Positions 1 to 12,551 of a stretch of 64,000 nt of DNA are shown here, in pieces. The notes under the pieces were generated by a model, which saw nothing but the letters and a program-made list of their open reading frames with translations, had not been told where the DNA came from and did not search any database. The stretch lies in contig CM082589.2 of NCBI GenBank assembly GCA_040954595.2, forward strand, positions 1 to 64,000, given 5' to 3'. Made by a program: the position numbers and the translations under genes. The stretch's first letter is position 1, and every line of letters starts with the position of its first letter. The DNA comes from Balanoglossus misakiensis (taxonomy: Eukaryota; Animalia; Hemichordata).

Positions 1-3000
1 GGCCGTAGCCTGGCGTCGAAGGGTTGGGTGTCAGGTTGGCCTTCCACTTCCGGCCGTAGCCTGGCGGTCGAAGGGGTTGGGTGGTCAGGTTGGCCTCCAC
101 TTCCGGCCGTAGCCTGGCGGTCGAAGGGTTGGGTATCTGGTTGGCCTCCACTTCCGGCCGTAGCCTGGCGGTCGAAGGGGTTGGGTATCAGGTTGGCCTC
201 CACTTCCGGCCGTAGCCTGGCGTTCGAAGGGTTGGGTATCAGGTTGGCCTCCACTTCCGGCCGTAGCCTGGCGTTCGAAGGGGTTGGGTATCAGGTTGGC
301 CTCCACTTCCGGCCGTAGCCTGGCGTCGAAGGGGTTGGGTGTCAGGTTGGCCTCCACTTCCGGCCGTAGCCTGGCGTTCGAAGGGGTTGGTGTCAGGTTG
401 GCCTCCTTCCACATCCTGCCGTAGCCTGGCGGTCGAAGGGGTTGGGTGTCAGGTTGGCCTCCACTTCCGGCCGTAGCCTGGCGGTCGAAGGGGTTGGGTG
501 TCAGGTTGGCCTCCACTTCCGGCCGTAGCCTGGCGGTCGAAGGGGTTGGGTGTCAGGTTGGCCTCCACATCCTGCCGTAGCCTGGCGGTCGAAGGGGTTG
601 GGTGTCAGGTTGGCCTCCACTTCCGGCCGTAGCCTGGCGGTCGAAGGGGTTGGGTGTCAGGTTGGCCTCCACTTCCGGCCGTAGCCTGGCGGTCGAAGGG
701 GTTGGGTGTCTGGTTGGCTCCCACTTCCGGCCGTAGCCTGGCGGTCGAAGGGGTTGGGTGTCTGGTTGGCCTCCACTTCCGGCCGTAGCCTGGCGGTCGA
801 AGGGTTGGGTGTCTGGTTGGCCTCCACTTCCGGCCGTAGCCTGGCGGTCGAAGGGGTTGGGTGTCTGGTTGGCCTCCACTTCCGGCCGTAGCCTGGCGGT
901 CGAAGGGGTTGGGTGTCTGGTTGGCCTCCACTTCCGGCCGTAGCCTGGCGGTCGAAGGGGTTGGGTGTCTGGTTGGCCTCCACTTCCGGCCGTAGCCTGG
1001 CGGTCGAAGGGGTTGGGTGTCTGGTTGGCCTCCACTTCCGGCCGTAGCCTGGCGGTCGAAGGGGTTGGGTGTCAGGTTGGCCTCCACTTCCGGCCGTAGC
1101 CTGGCGGTCGAAGGGGTTGGGTATCAGGTTGGCCTCCACTTCCGGCCGTAGCCTGGCGGTCGAAGGGGTTGGGTGTCAGGTTGGCCTCCACTTCCGGCCG
1201 TAGCCTGGCGGTCGAAGGGGTTGGGTGTCAGGTTGGCCTCCACTTCCGGCCGTAGCCTGGCGGTCGAAGGGGTTGGGTGTCAGGTTGGCCTCCACTTCCG
1301 GCCGTAGCCTGGCGGTCGAAGGGGTTGGGTGTCAGGTTGGCCTCCACTTCCGGCCGTAGCCTGGCGGTCGAAGGGGTTGGGTGTCAGGTTGGCCTCCACT
1401 TCCGGCCGTAGCCTGGCGGTCGAAGGGGTTGGGTGTCAGGTTGGCCTCCACTTCCGGCCGTAGCCTGGCGGTCGAAGGGGTTGGGTGTCAGGTTGGCCTC
1501 CACTTCCGGCCGTAGCCTGGCGGTCGAAGGGGTTGGGTGTCAGGTTGGCCTCCACTTCCGGCCGTAGCCTGGCGGTCGAAGGGGTTGGGTGTCAGGTTGG
1601 CCTCCACTTCCGGCCGTAGCCTGGCGGTCGAAGGGGTTGGGTGTCAGGTTGGCCTCCACTTCCGGCCGTAGCCTGGCGGTCGAAGGGGTTGGGTGTCTGG
1701 TTGGCCTCCACTTCCGGCCGTAGCCTGGCGGTCGAAGGGGTTGGGTGTCAGGTTGGCCTCCACTTCCGGCCGTAGCCTGGCGGTCGAAGGGGTTGGGTGT
1801 CAGGTTGGCCTCCACTTCCGGCCGTAGCCTGGCGGTCGAAGGGGTTGGGTGTCAGGTTGGCCTCCACTTCCGGCCGTAGCCTGGCGGTCGAAGGGGTTGG
1901 GTGTCAGGTTGGCCTCCACTTCCGGCCGTAGCCTGGCGGTCGAAGGGGTTGGGTGTCAGGTTGGCCTCCACTTCCGGCCGTAGCCTGGCGGTCGAAGGGG
2001 TTGGGTGTCAGGTTGGCCTCCACTTCCGGCCGTAGCCTGGCGGTCGAAGGGGTTGGGTGTCAGGTTGGCCTCCACTTCCGGCCGTAGCCTGGCGGTCGAA
2101 GGGGTTGGGTGTCAGGTTGGCCTCCACTTCCGGCCGTAGCCTGGCGGTCGAAGGGGTTGGGTGTCAGGTTGGCCTCCACTTCCGGCCGTAGCCTGGCGGT
2201 CGAAGGGGTTGGGTGTCAGGTTGGCCTCCACTTCCGGCCGTAGCCTGGCGGTCGAAGGGGTTGGGTGTCAGGTTGGCCTCCACTTCCGGCCGTAGCCTGG
2301 CGGTCGAAGGGGTTGGGTGTCAGGTTGGCCTCCACTTCCGGCCGTAGCCTGGCGGTCGAAGGGGTTGGGTGTCAGGTTGGCCTCCACTTCCGGCCGTAGC
2401 CTGGCGGTCGAAGGGGTTGGGTGTCAGGTTGGCCTCCACTTCCGGCCGTAGCCTGGCGGTCGAAGGGGTTGGGTGTCAGGTTGGCCTCCACTTCCGGCCG
2501 TAGCCTGGCGGTCGAAGGGGTTGGGTGTCAGGTTGGCCTCCACTTCCGGCCGTAGCCTGGCGGTCGAAGGGGTTGGGTGTCAGGTTGGCCTCCACTTCCG
2601 GCCGTAGCCTGGCGGTCGAAGGGGTTGGGTGTCAGGTTGGCCTCCACTTCCGGCCGTAGCCTGGCGGTCGAAGGGGTTGGGTGTCAGGTTGGCCTCCACT
2701 TCCGGCCGTAGCCTGGCGGTCGAAGGGGTTGGGTGTCAGGTTGGCCTCCACTTCCGGCCGTAGCCTGGCGGTCGAAGGGGTTGGGTGTCAGGTTGGCCTC
2801 CACTTCCGGCCGTAGCCTGGCGGTCGAAGGGGTTGGGTGTCAGGTTGGCCTCCACTTCCGGCCGTAGCCTGGCGGTCGAAGGGGTTGGGTGTCAGGTTGG
2901 CCTCCACTTCCGGCCGTAGCCTGGCGGTCGAAGGGGTTGGGTGTCAGGTTGGCCTCCACTTCCGGCCGTAGCCTGGCGGTCGAAGGGGTTGGGTGTCAGG

Positions 3001-6000
3001 TTGGCCTCCACTTCCGGCCGTAGCCTGGCGGTCGAAGGGGTTGGGTGTCAGGTTGGCCTCCACTTCCGGCCGTAGCCTGGCGGTCGAAGGGGTTGGGTGT
3101 CAGGTTGGCCTCCACTTCCGGCCGTAGCCTGGCGGTCGAAGGGGTTGGGTGTCAGGTTGGCCTCCACTTCCGGCCGTAGCCTGGCGGTCGAAGGGGTTGG
3201 GTGTCAGGTTGGCCTCCACTTCCGGCCGTAGCCTGGCGGTCGAAGGGGTTGGGTGTCAGGTTGGCCTCCACTTCCGGCCGTAGCCTGGCGGTCGAAGGGG
3301 TTGGGTGTCAGGTTGGCCTCCACTTCCGGCCGTAGCCTGGCGGTCGAAGGGGTTGGGTGTCAGGTTGGCCTCCACTTCCGGCCGTAGCCTGGCGGTCGAA
3401 GGGGTTGGGTGTCAGGTTGGCCTCCACTTCCGGCCGTAGCCTGGCGGTCGAAGGGGTTGGGTGTCAGGTTGGCCTCCACTTCCGGCCGTAGCCTGGCGGT
3501 CGAAGGGGTTGGGTGTCAGGTTGGCCTCCACTTCCGGCCGTAGCCTGGCGGTCGAAGGGGTTGGGTGTCAGGTTGGCCTCCACTTCCGGCCGTAGCCTGG
3601 CGGTCGAAGGGGTTGGGTGTCAGGTTGGCCTCCACTTCCGGCCGTAGCCTGGCGGTCGAAGGGGTTGGGTGTCAGGTTGGCCTCCACTTCCGGCCGTAGC
3701 CTGGCGGTCGAAGGGGTTGGGTGTCAGGTTGGCCTCCACTTCCGGCCGTAGCCTGGCGGTCGAAGGGGTTGGGTGTCAGGTTGGCCTCCACTTCCGGCCG
3801 TAGCCTGGCGGTCGAAGGGGTTGGGTGTCAGGTTGGCCTCCACTTCCGGCCGTAGCCTGGCGGTCGAAGGGGTTGGGTGTCAGGTTGGCCTCCACTTCCG
3901 GCCGTAGCCTGGCGGTCGAAGGGGTTGGGTGTCAGGTTGGCCTCCACTTCCGGCCGTAGCCTGGCGGTCGAAGGGGTTGGGTGTCAGGTTGGCCTCCACT
4001 TCCGGCCGTAGCCTGGCGGTCGAAGGGGTTGGGTGTCAGGTTGGCCTCCACTTCCGGCCGTAGCCTGGCGGTCGAAGGGGTTGGGTGTCAGGTTGGCCTC
4101 CACTTCCGGCCGCTAGCCTGGCGGTCGAAGGGGTTGGGTGTCAGGTTGGCCTCCACTTCCGGCCGCAGCCTGGCGGTCGAAGGGGTTGGGTGTCAGGTTG
4201 GCCTCCACTTCCGGCCGCAGCCTGGCGGTCGAAGGGGGTTGGGTGTCAGGTTGGCCTCCACTTCCGGCCGCAGCCTGGCGGTCGAAGGGGTTGGGTGTCA
4301 GGTTGGCCTCCACTTCCGGCCGCAGCCTGGCGGTCGAAGGGGGTTGGGTGTCAGGTTGGCCTCCACTTCCGGCCGCAGCCTGGCGGTCGAAGGGGGTTGG
4401 GTGTCAGGTTGGCCTCCACTTCCGGCCGCAGCCTGGCGGTCGAAGGGGGTTGGGTGTCAGGTTGGCCTCCACTTCCGGCCGCAGCCTGGCGGTCGAAGGG
4501 GGTTGGGTGTCAGGTTGGCCTCCACTTCCGGCCGCAGCCTGGCGGTCGAAGGGGGTTGGGTGTCAGGTTGGCCTCCACTTCCGGCCGCAGCCTGGCGGTC
4601 GAAGGGGGTTGGGTGTCAGGTTGGCCTCCACTTCCGGCCGCAGCCTGGCGGTCGAAGGGGGTTGGGTGTCAGGTTGGCCTCCACTTCCGGCCGCAGCCTG
4701 GCGGTCGAAGGGGGTTGGGTGTCAGGTTGGCCTCCACTTCCGGCCGCAGCCTGGCGGTCGAAGGGGGTTGGGTGTCAGGTTGGCCTCCACTTCCGGCCGC
4801 AGCCTGGCGGTCGAAGGGGTTGGGTGTCAGGTTGGCCTCCACTTCCGGCCGCAGCCTGGCGGTCGAAGGGGGTTGGGTGTCAGGTTGGCCTCCACTTCCG
4901 GCCGCAGCCTGGCGGTCGAAGGGGTTGGGTGTCAGGTTGGCCTCCACTTCCGGCCGCAGCCTGGCGGTCGAAGGGGTTGGGTGTCAGGTTGGCCTCCACT
5001 TCCGGCCGCAGCCTGGCGGTCGAAGGGGTTGGGTGTCAGGTTGGCCTCCACTTCCGGCCGCAGCCTGGCGGTCGAAGGGGTTGGGTGTCAGGTTGGCCTC
5101 CACTTCCGGCCGCAGCCTGGCGGTCGAAGGGGTTGGGTGTCAGGTTGGCCTCCACTTCCGGCCGCAGCCTGGCGGTCGAAGGGGGTTGGGTGTCAGGTTG
5201 GCCTCCACTTCCGGCCGCAGCCTGGCGGTCGAAGGGGTTGGGTGTCAGGTTGGCCTCCACTTCCGGCCGCAGCCTGGCGGTCGAAGGGGGTTGGGTGTCA
5301 GGTTGGCCTCCACTTCCGGCCGCAGCCTGGCGGTCGAAGGGGTTGGGTGTCAGGTTGGCCTCCACTTCCGGCCGCAGCCTGGCGGTCGAAGGGGTTGGGT
5401 GTCAGGTTGGCCTCCACTTCCGGCCGCAGCCTGGCGGTCGAAGGGGTTGGGTGTCAGGTTGGCCTCCACTTCCGGCCGCAGCCTGGCGGTCGAAGGGGTT
5501 GGGTGTCAGGTTGGCCTCCACTTCCGGCCGCAGCCTGGCGGTCGAAGGGGTTGGGTGTCAGGTTGGCCTCCACTTCCGGCCGCAGCCTGGCGGTCGAAGG
5601 GGTTGGGTGTCAGGTTGGCCTCCACTTCCGGCCGCAGCCTGGCGGTCGAAGGGGTTGGGTGTCAGGTTGGCCTCCACTTCCGGCCGCAGCCTGGCGGTCG
5701 AAGGGGTTGGGTGTCAGGTTGGCCTCCACTTCCGGCCGCAGCCTGGCGGTCGAAGGGGTTGGGTGTCAGGTTGGCCTCCACTTCCGGCCGCAGCCTGGCG
5801 GTCGAAGGGGTTGGGTGTCAGGTTGGCCTCCACTTCCGGCCGCAGCCTGGCGGTCGAAGGGGTTGGGTGTCAGGTTGGCCTCCACTTCCGGCCGCAGCCT
5901 GGCGGTCGAAGGGGTTGGGTGTCAGGTTGGCCTCCACTTCCGGCCGCAGCCTGGCGGTCGAAGGGGTTGGGTGTCAGGTTGGCCTCCACTTCCGGCCGCA

Positions 6001-9000
6001 GCCTGGCGGTCGAAGGGGTTGGGTGTCAGGTTGGCCTCCACTTCCGGCCGCAGCCTGGCGGTCGAAGGGGTTGGGTGTCAGGTTGGCCTCCACTTCCGGC
6101 CGCAGCCTGGCGGTCGAAGGGGTTGGGTGTCAGGTTGGCCTCCACTTCCGGCCGCAGCCTGGCGGTCGAAGGGGTTGGGTGTCAGGTTGGCCTCCACTTC
6201 CGGCCGCAGCCTGGCGGTCGAAGGGGTTGGGTGTCAGGTTGGCCTCCACTTCCGGCCGCAGCCTGGCGGTCGAAGGGGTTGGGTGTCAGGTTGGCCTCCA
6301 CTTCCGGCCGCAGCCTGGCGGTCGAAGGGGTTGGGTGTCAGGTTGGCCTCCACTTCCGGCCGCAGCCTGGCGGTCGAAGGGGTTGGGTGTCAGGTTGGCC
6401 TCCACTTCCGGCCGCAGCCTGGCGGTCGAAGGGGTTGGGTGTCAGGTTGGCCTCCACTTCCGGCCGTAGCCTGGCGGTCGAAGGGGTTGGGTGTCAGGTT
6501 GGCCTCCACTTCCGGCCGTAGCCTGGCGGTCGAAGGGGTTGGGTGTCAGGTTGGCCTCCACTTCCGGCCGTAGCCTGGCGGTCGAAGGGGTTGGGTGTCA
6601 GGTTGGCCTCCACTTCCGGCCGTAGCCTGGCGGTCGAAGGGGTTGGGTGTCAGGTTGGCCTCCACTTCCGGCCGTAGCCTGGCGGTCGAAGGGGTTGGGT
6701 GTCAGGTTGGCCTCCACTTCCGGCCGTAGCCTGGCGGTCGAAGGGGTTGGGTGTCAGGTTGGCCTCCACTTCCGGCCGTAGCCTGGCGGTCGAAGGGGTT
6801 GGGTGTCAGGTTGGCCTCCACTTCCGGCCGTAGCCTGGCGGTCGAAGGGGTTGGGTGTCAGGTTGGCCTCCACTTCCGGCCGTAGCCTGGCGGTCGAAGG
6901 GGTTGGGTGTCAGGTTGGCCTCCACTTCCGGCCGTAGCCTGGCGGTCGAAGGGGTTGGGTGTCAGGTTGGCCTCCACTTCCGGCCGTAGCCTGGCGGTCG
7001 AAGGGGTTGGGTGTCAGGTTGGCCTCCACTTCCGGCCGTAGCCTGGCGGTCGAAGGGGTTGGGTGTCAGGTTGGCCTCCACTTCCGGCCGTAGCCTGGCG
7101 GTCGAAGGGGTTGGGTGTCAGGTTGGCCTCCACTTCCGGCCGTAGCCTGGCGGTCGAAGGGGTTGGGTGTCAGGTTGGCCTCCACTTCCGGCCGTAGCCT
7201 GGCGGTCGAAGGGGTTGGGTGTCAGGTTGGCCTCCACTTCCGGCCGTAGCCTGGCGGTCGAAGGGGTTGGGTGTCAGGTTGGCCTCCACTTCCGGCCGTA
7301 GCCTGGCGGTCGAAGGGGTTGGGTGTCAGGTTGGCCTCCACTTCCGGCCGTAGCCTGGCGGTCGAAGGGGTTGGGTGTCAGGTTGGCCTCCACTTCCGGC
7401 CGTAGCCTGGCGGTCGAAGGGGTTGGGTGTCAGGTTGGCCTCCACTTCCGGCCGTAGCCTGGCGGTCGAAGGGGTTGGGTGTCAGGTTGGCCTCCACTTC
7501 CGGCCGTAGCCTGGCGGTCGAAGGGGTTGGGTGTCAGGTTGGCCTCCACTTCCGGCCGTAGCCTGGCGGTCGAAGGGGTTGGGTGTCAGGTTGGCCTCCA
7601 CTTCCGGCCGTAGCCTGGCGGTCGAAGGGGTTGGGTGTCAGGTTGGCCTCCACTTCCGGCCGTAGCCTGGCGGTCGAAGGGGTTGGGTGTCAGGTTGGCC
7701 TCCACTTCCGGCCGTAGCCTGGCGGTCGAAGGGGTTGGGTGTCAGGTTGGCCTCCACTTCCGGCCGTAGCCTGGCGGTCGAAGGGTTGGGTGTCAGGTTG
7801 GCCTCCACTTCCGGCCGTAGCCTGGCGGTCGAAGGGGTTGGGTGTCAGGTTGGCCTCCACTTCCGGCCGTAGCCTGGCGGTCGAAGGGGTTGGGTGTCAG
7901 GTTGGCCTCCACTTCCGGCCGTAGCCTGGCGGTCGAAGGGGTTGGGTGTCAGGTTGGCCTCCACTTCCGGCCGTAGCCTGGCGGTCGAAGGGGTTGGGTG
8001 TCAGGTTGGCCTCCACTTCCGGCCGTAGCCTGGCGGTCGAAGGGGTTGGGTGTCAGGTTGGCCTCCACTTCCGGCCGTAGCCTGGCGGTCGAAGGGGTTG
8101 GGTGTCAGGTTGGCCTCCACTTCCGGCCGTAGCCTGGCGGTCGAAGGGGTTGGGTGTCAGGTTGGCCTCCACTTCCGGCCGTAGCCTGGCGGTCGAAGGG
8201 GTTGGGTGTCAGGTTGGCCTCCACTTCCGGCCGTAGCCTGGCGGTCGAAGGGGTTGGGTGTCAGGTTGGCCTCCACTTCCGGCCGTAGCCTGGCGGTCGA
8301 AGGGGTTGGGTGTCAGGTTGGCCTCCACTTCCGGCCGTAGCCTGGCGGTCGAAGGGGTTGGGTGTCAGGTTGGCCTCCACTTCCGGCCGTAGCCTGGCGG
8401 TCGAAGGGGTTGGGTGTCAGGTTGGCCTCCACTTCCGGCCGTAGCCTGGCGGTCGAAGGGGTTGGGTGTCAGGTTGGCCTCCACTTCCGGCCGTAGCCTG
8501 GCGGTCGAAGGGGTTGGGTGTCAGGTTGGCCTCCACTTCCGGCCGTAGCCTGGCGGTCGAAGGGGTTGGGTGTCAGGTTGGCCTCCACTTCCGGCCGTAG
8601 CCTGGCGGTCGAAGGGGTTGGGTGTCAGGTTGGCCTCCACTTCCGGCCGTAGCCTGGCGGTCGAAGGGGTTGGGTGTCAGGTTGGCCTCCACTTCCGGCC
8701 GTAGCCTGGCGGTCGAAGGGGTTGGGTGTCAGGTTGGCCTCCACTTCCGGCCGTAGCCTGGCGGTCGAAGGGGGTTGGGTGTCAGGTTGGCCTCCACTTC
8801 CGGCCGTAGCCTGGCGGTCGAGGGGTTGGGTGTCAGGTTGGCCTCCACTTCCGGCCGCAGCCTGGCGGTCGAGGGGGTTGGGTATCAGGTTGGCCTCCAC
8901 TTCCGGCCGCAGCCTGGCGGTCGAGGGGGTTGGGTATCAGGTTGGCCTCCACTTCCGGCCGCAGCCTGGCGGTCGAAGGGGGTTGGGTATCAGGTTGGCC

Positions 9001-10610
9001 TCCACTTCCGGCCGCAGCCTGGCGGTCGAAGGGGGTTGGGTATCAGGTTGGCCTCCACTTCCGGCCGCAGCCTGGCGGTCGAAGGGGGTTGGGTATCAGG
9101 TTGGCCTCCACTTCCGGCCGCAGCCTGGCGGTCGAAGGGGGTTGGGTATCAGGTTGGCCTCCACTTCCGGCCGCAGCCTGGCGGTCGAAGGGGGTTGGGT
9201 ATCAGGTTGGCCTCCACTTCCGGCCGCAGCCTGGCGGTCGAAGGGGGTTGGGTATCAGGTTGGCCTCCACTTCCGGCCGCAGCCTGGCGGTCGAAGGGGG
9301 TTGGGTATCAGGTTGGCCTCCACTTCCGGCCGCAGCCTGGCGGTCGAAGGGGGTTGGGTATCAGGTTGGCCTCCACTTCCGGCCGCAGCCTGGCGGTCGA
9401 AGGGGGTTGGGTATCAGGTTGGCCTCCACTTCCGGCCGCAGCCTGGCGGTCGAAGGGGGTTGGGTATCAGGTTGGCCTCCACTTCCGGCCGCAGCCTGGC
9501 GGTCGAAGGGGGTTGGGTATCAGGTTGGCCTCCACTTCCGGCCGCAGCCTGGCGGTCGAAGGGGGTTGGGTATCAGGTTGGCCTCCACTTCCGGCCGCAG
9601 CCTGGCGGTCGAAGGGGGTTGGGTATCAGGTTGGCCTCCACTTCCGGCCGCAGCCTGGCGGTCGAAGGGGGTTGGGTATCAGGTTGGCCTCCACTTCCGG
9701 CCGCAGCCTGGCGGTCGAAGGGGGTTGGGTATCAGGTTGGCCTCCACTTCCGGCCGCAGCCTGGCGGTCGAAGGGGGTTGGGTATCAGGTTGGCCTCCAC
9801 TTCCGGCCGCAGCCTGGCGGTCGAAGGGGGTTGGGTATCAGGTTGGCCTCCACTTCCGGCCGCAGCCTGGCGGTCGAAGGGGGTTGGGTATCAGGTTGGC
9901 CTCCACTTCCGGCCGCAGCCTGGCGGTCGAAGGGGGTTGGGTATCAGGTTGGCCTCCACTTCCGGCCGCAGCCTGGCGGTCGAAGGGGGTTGGGTATCAG
10001 GTTGGCCTCCACTTCCGGCCGCAGCCTGGCGGTCGAAGGGGGTTGGGTATCAGGTTGGCCTCCACTTCCGGCCGCAGCCTGGCGGTCGAAGGGGGTTGGG
10101 TATCAGGTTGGCCTCCACTTCCGGCCGCAGCCTGGCGGTCGAAGGGGGTTGGGTATCAGGTTGGCCTCCACTTCCGGCCGCAGCCTGGCGGTCGAAGGGG
10201 GTTGGGTATCAGGTTGGCCTCCACTTCCGGCCGCAGCCTGGCGGTCGAAGGGGGTTGGGTATCAGGTTGGCCTCCACTTCCGGCCGCAGCCTGGCGGTCG
10301 AAGGGGGTTGGGTATCAGGTTGGCCTCCACTTCCGGCCGCAGCCTGGCGGTCGAAGGGGTTGGGTATCAGGTTGGCCTCCACTTCCGGCCGCAGCCTGGC
10401 GGTCGAAGGGGTTGGGTATCAGGTTGGCCCCCACTTCCGGCCGTAGCCTGGCGGTCGACGGGGTTGGGTATCAGGTTGGCCCCCACTTCCGGCCGTAGCC
10501 TGGCGGTCGAAGGGGTTGGGTATCAGGTTGGCCCCCACTTCCGGCCGTAGCCTGGCGGTCGAAGGGGTTGGGTATCTGGTTGGCCTCCACTTCCGGCCGT
10601 AGCCTGGCGG
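1..10610. repeat. 52-bp GC-rich tandem satellite, array I (~200 copies, open at window start)
   Basis: Head-to-tail unit GGCCGTAGCCTGGCGGTCGAAGGGGTTGGGTGTCAGGTTGGCCTCCACTTCC with no spacers. Variant blocks carry GTAG/GCAG, G4/G5 and GTGTCA/GTATCA. Confidence 0.98.
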
Positions 10611-11775
10611 ACTTCCGGTCGTAACGGCGCGGTGAATCTGGGCCAAGTTGCCAGCGACTTCCGGTCGTGACGGTGCGGTGAATCCGGGCCAAGTTGCCAG
10701 CGACTTCCGGTCGTAACAGCGCGGTGAATCCGGGCCAAGTTGCCGGCGACTTCCTGTGAATCCGGGCCAAGTTGCGGCGACTTCCGGTCGTAATGGCGCG
10801 GTGAATCTGGGCCAAGTTGCCGGCGACTTCCTGTGAATCCGGGCCAAGTTGGGGTGAGTTCCGGTGGTAACGGCGCGGTGAATCCAGGCCAAGTTCCCGG
10901 AGACTTCCGTTCGTAATGGCGTGGAGAATCCGGGCCAAGTTGCCGGCGACTTCCGGTCGTAACGGCCAAGTTGCGGCGACTTCCGGTCGTAACGGCGCGG
11001 TGAATCTGGGCCATGTTGCCGGCGACTTCCTGTGGTAATGGCGCGGTGAATCTGGGCCAAGTTGATGGCGACTTCCTGTGAATCCGGGCCAAGTTGCGGC
11101 GACTTCCGGTCGTAACAGCGCGGTGAATTCGGGCCAAGTTGCCGGCGACTTCCGGTCGTAACGGCGCGGTGAATCAGGGCCAAGTTGCGGCGACTTCCGG
11201 TCGTAACGGCGCGGTGAATCCAGGCCAAGTTGCCGGCGACTTCCTGTCGTAATGGCGCGGTGAATCTGGGCAAAGTTGCCGGCGACTTCCGGTTGTAACG
11301 GCGCGGTGAATCTGGTCCAAGTTGCCGTTGATTTCCTGTGGTAACGGCGCGGTGAATCTGGGCCAAGTTGATGGCGACTTCCTGTGAATCCGGGCCAAGT
11401 TGCCGGCGACTTCCGGTGGTAATGGCGCGGTGAAACTGAGCCAAGTTGCCGGCGACTTCCTGTCGTAACGGCGCGGTGAATCTGGGCAAAGTTGCCGGCG
11501 ACTTCCGGTCGAAACGGCGCGGTGAATCCGGGCCAAGTTGATGGCGACTTCCTGTGAATCCGGGCCAAGTTGCCGGCGACTTCCTGTCGTAACGGCGCGG
11601 TGAATCTGGGCCAAGTTGCCGGCGACTTCCGGTCGTGACGGTGCGGTGAATCCGGGCCAAGTTGCCGCAACCTTCCTGTGAATCCGGGCCAAGTTGCCGG
11701 CGACTTCCGGTCGTAACGGCGCGGTGAATCAGGGCCAAGTTGCCAGCGACTTCCTGTGAATCAGGGCCAAGTTGC
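10611..11775. repeat. 46/32-bp GC-rich satellite, short block
   Basis: Units GACTTCCGGTCGTAACGGCGCGGTGAATCYGGGCCAAGTTGCCGGC (46 bp) and the 14-bp-deleted GACTTCCTGTGAATCCGGGCCAAGTTGCCGGC (32 bp). Confidence 0.95.
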
Positions 11776-12551
11776 GGTTGGGTATCAGGTTGGCCTCCAC
11801 TTACGGCCGCAGCCTGGCGGTCGAAGGGGGTTGGGTATCAGGTTGGCCTCCACTTCCGGCCGCAGCCTGGCGGTCGAAGGGGGTTGGGTATCAGGTTGGC
11901 CTCCACTTCCGGCCGTAGCCTGGCGGTCGAAGGGGGTTGGGTATCAGGTTGGCCTCCACTTCCGGCCGTAGCCTGGCGGTCGAAGGGGTTGGGTATCAGG
12001 TTGGCCTCCACTTCCGGCCGTAGCCTGGCGGTCGAAGGGGTTGGGTATCAGGTTGGCCCCCACTTCCGGCCGTAGCCTGGCGGTCGAAGGGGTTGGGTAT
12101 CAGGTTGGCCTCCACTTCCGGCCGTAGCCTGGCGGTCGAAGGGGTTGGGTATCAGGTTGGCCTCCACTTCCGGCCGTAGCCTGGCGGTCGAAGGGGTTGG
12201 GTATCAGGTTGGCCTCCACTTCCGGCCGTAGCCTGGCGGTCGAAGGGGTTGGGTATCAGGTTGGCCTCCACTTCCGGCCGTAGCCTGGCGGTCGAAGGGG
12301 TTGGGTATCAGGTTGGCCTCCACTTCCGGCCGTAGCCTGGCGGTCGAAGGGGTTGGGTATCAGGTTGGCCTCCACTTCCGGCCGTAGCCTGGCGGTCGAA
12401 GGGGTTGGGTATCTGGTTGGCCTCCACTTCCGGCCGTAGCCTGGCGGTCGAAGGGGTTGGGTATCTGGTTGGCCTCCACTTCCGGCCGTAGCCTGGCGGT
12501 CGAAGGGGTTGGGTATCTGGTTGGCCTCCACTTCCGGCCGTAGCCTGGCGG
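11776..12551. repeat. 52-bp satellite, array II (~15 copies)
   Basis: Same unit as 1-10610, GTATCA variant. Confidence 0.95.

Noticed and set aside
3981-10550. 500-850 aa plus-strand ORFs
   Set aside because: They open only where the single TAG of the 52-mer is CAG, in all three frames at once. Not coding evidence.
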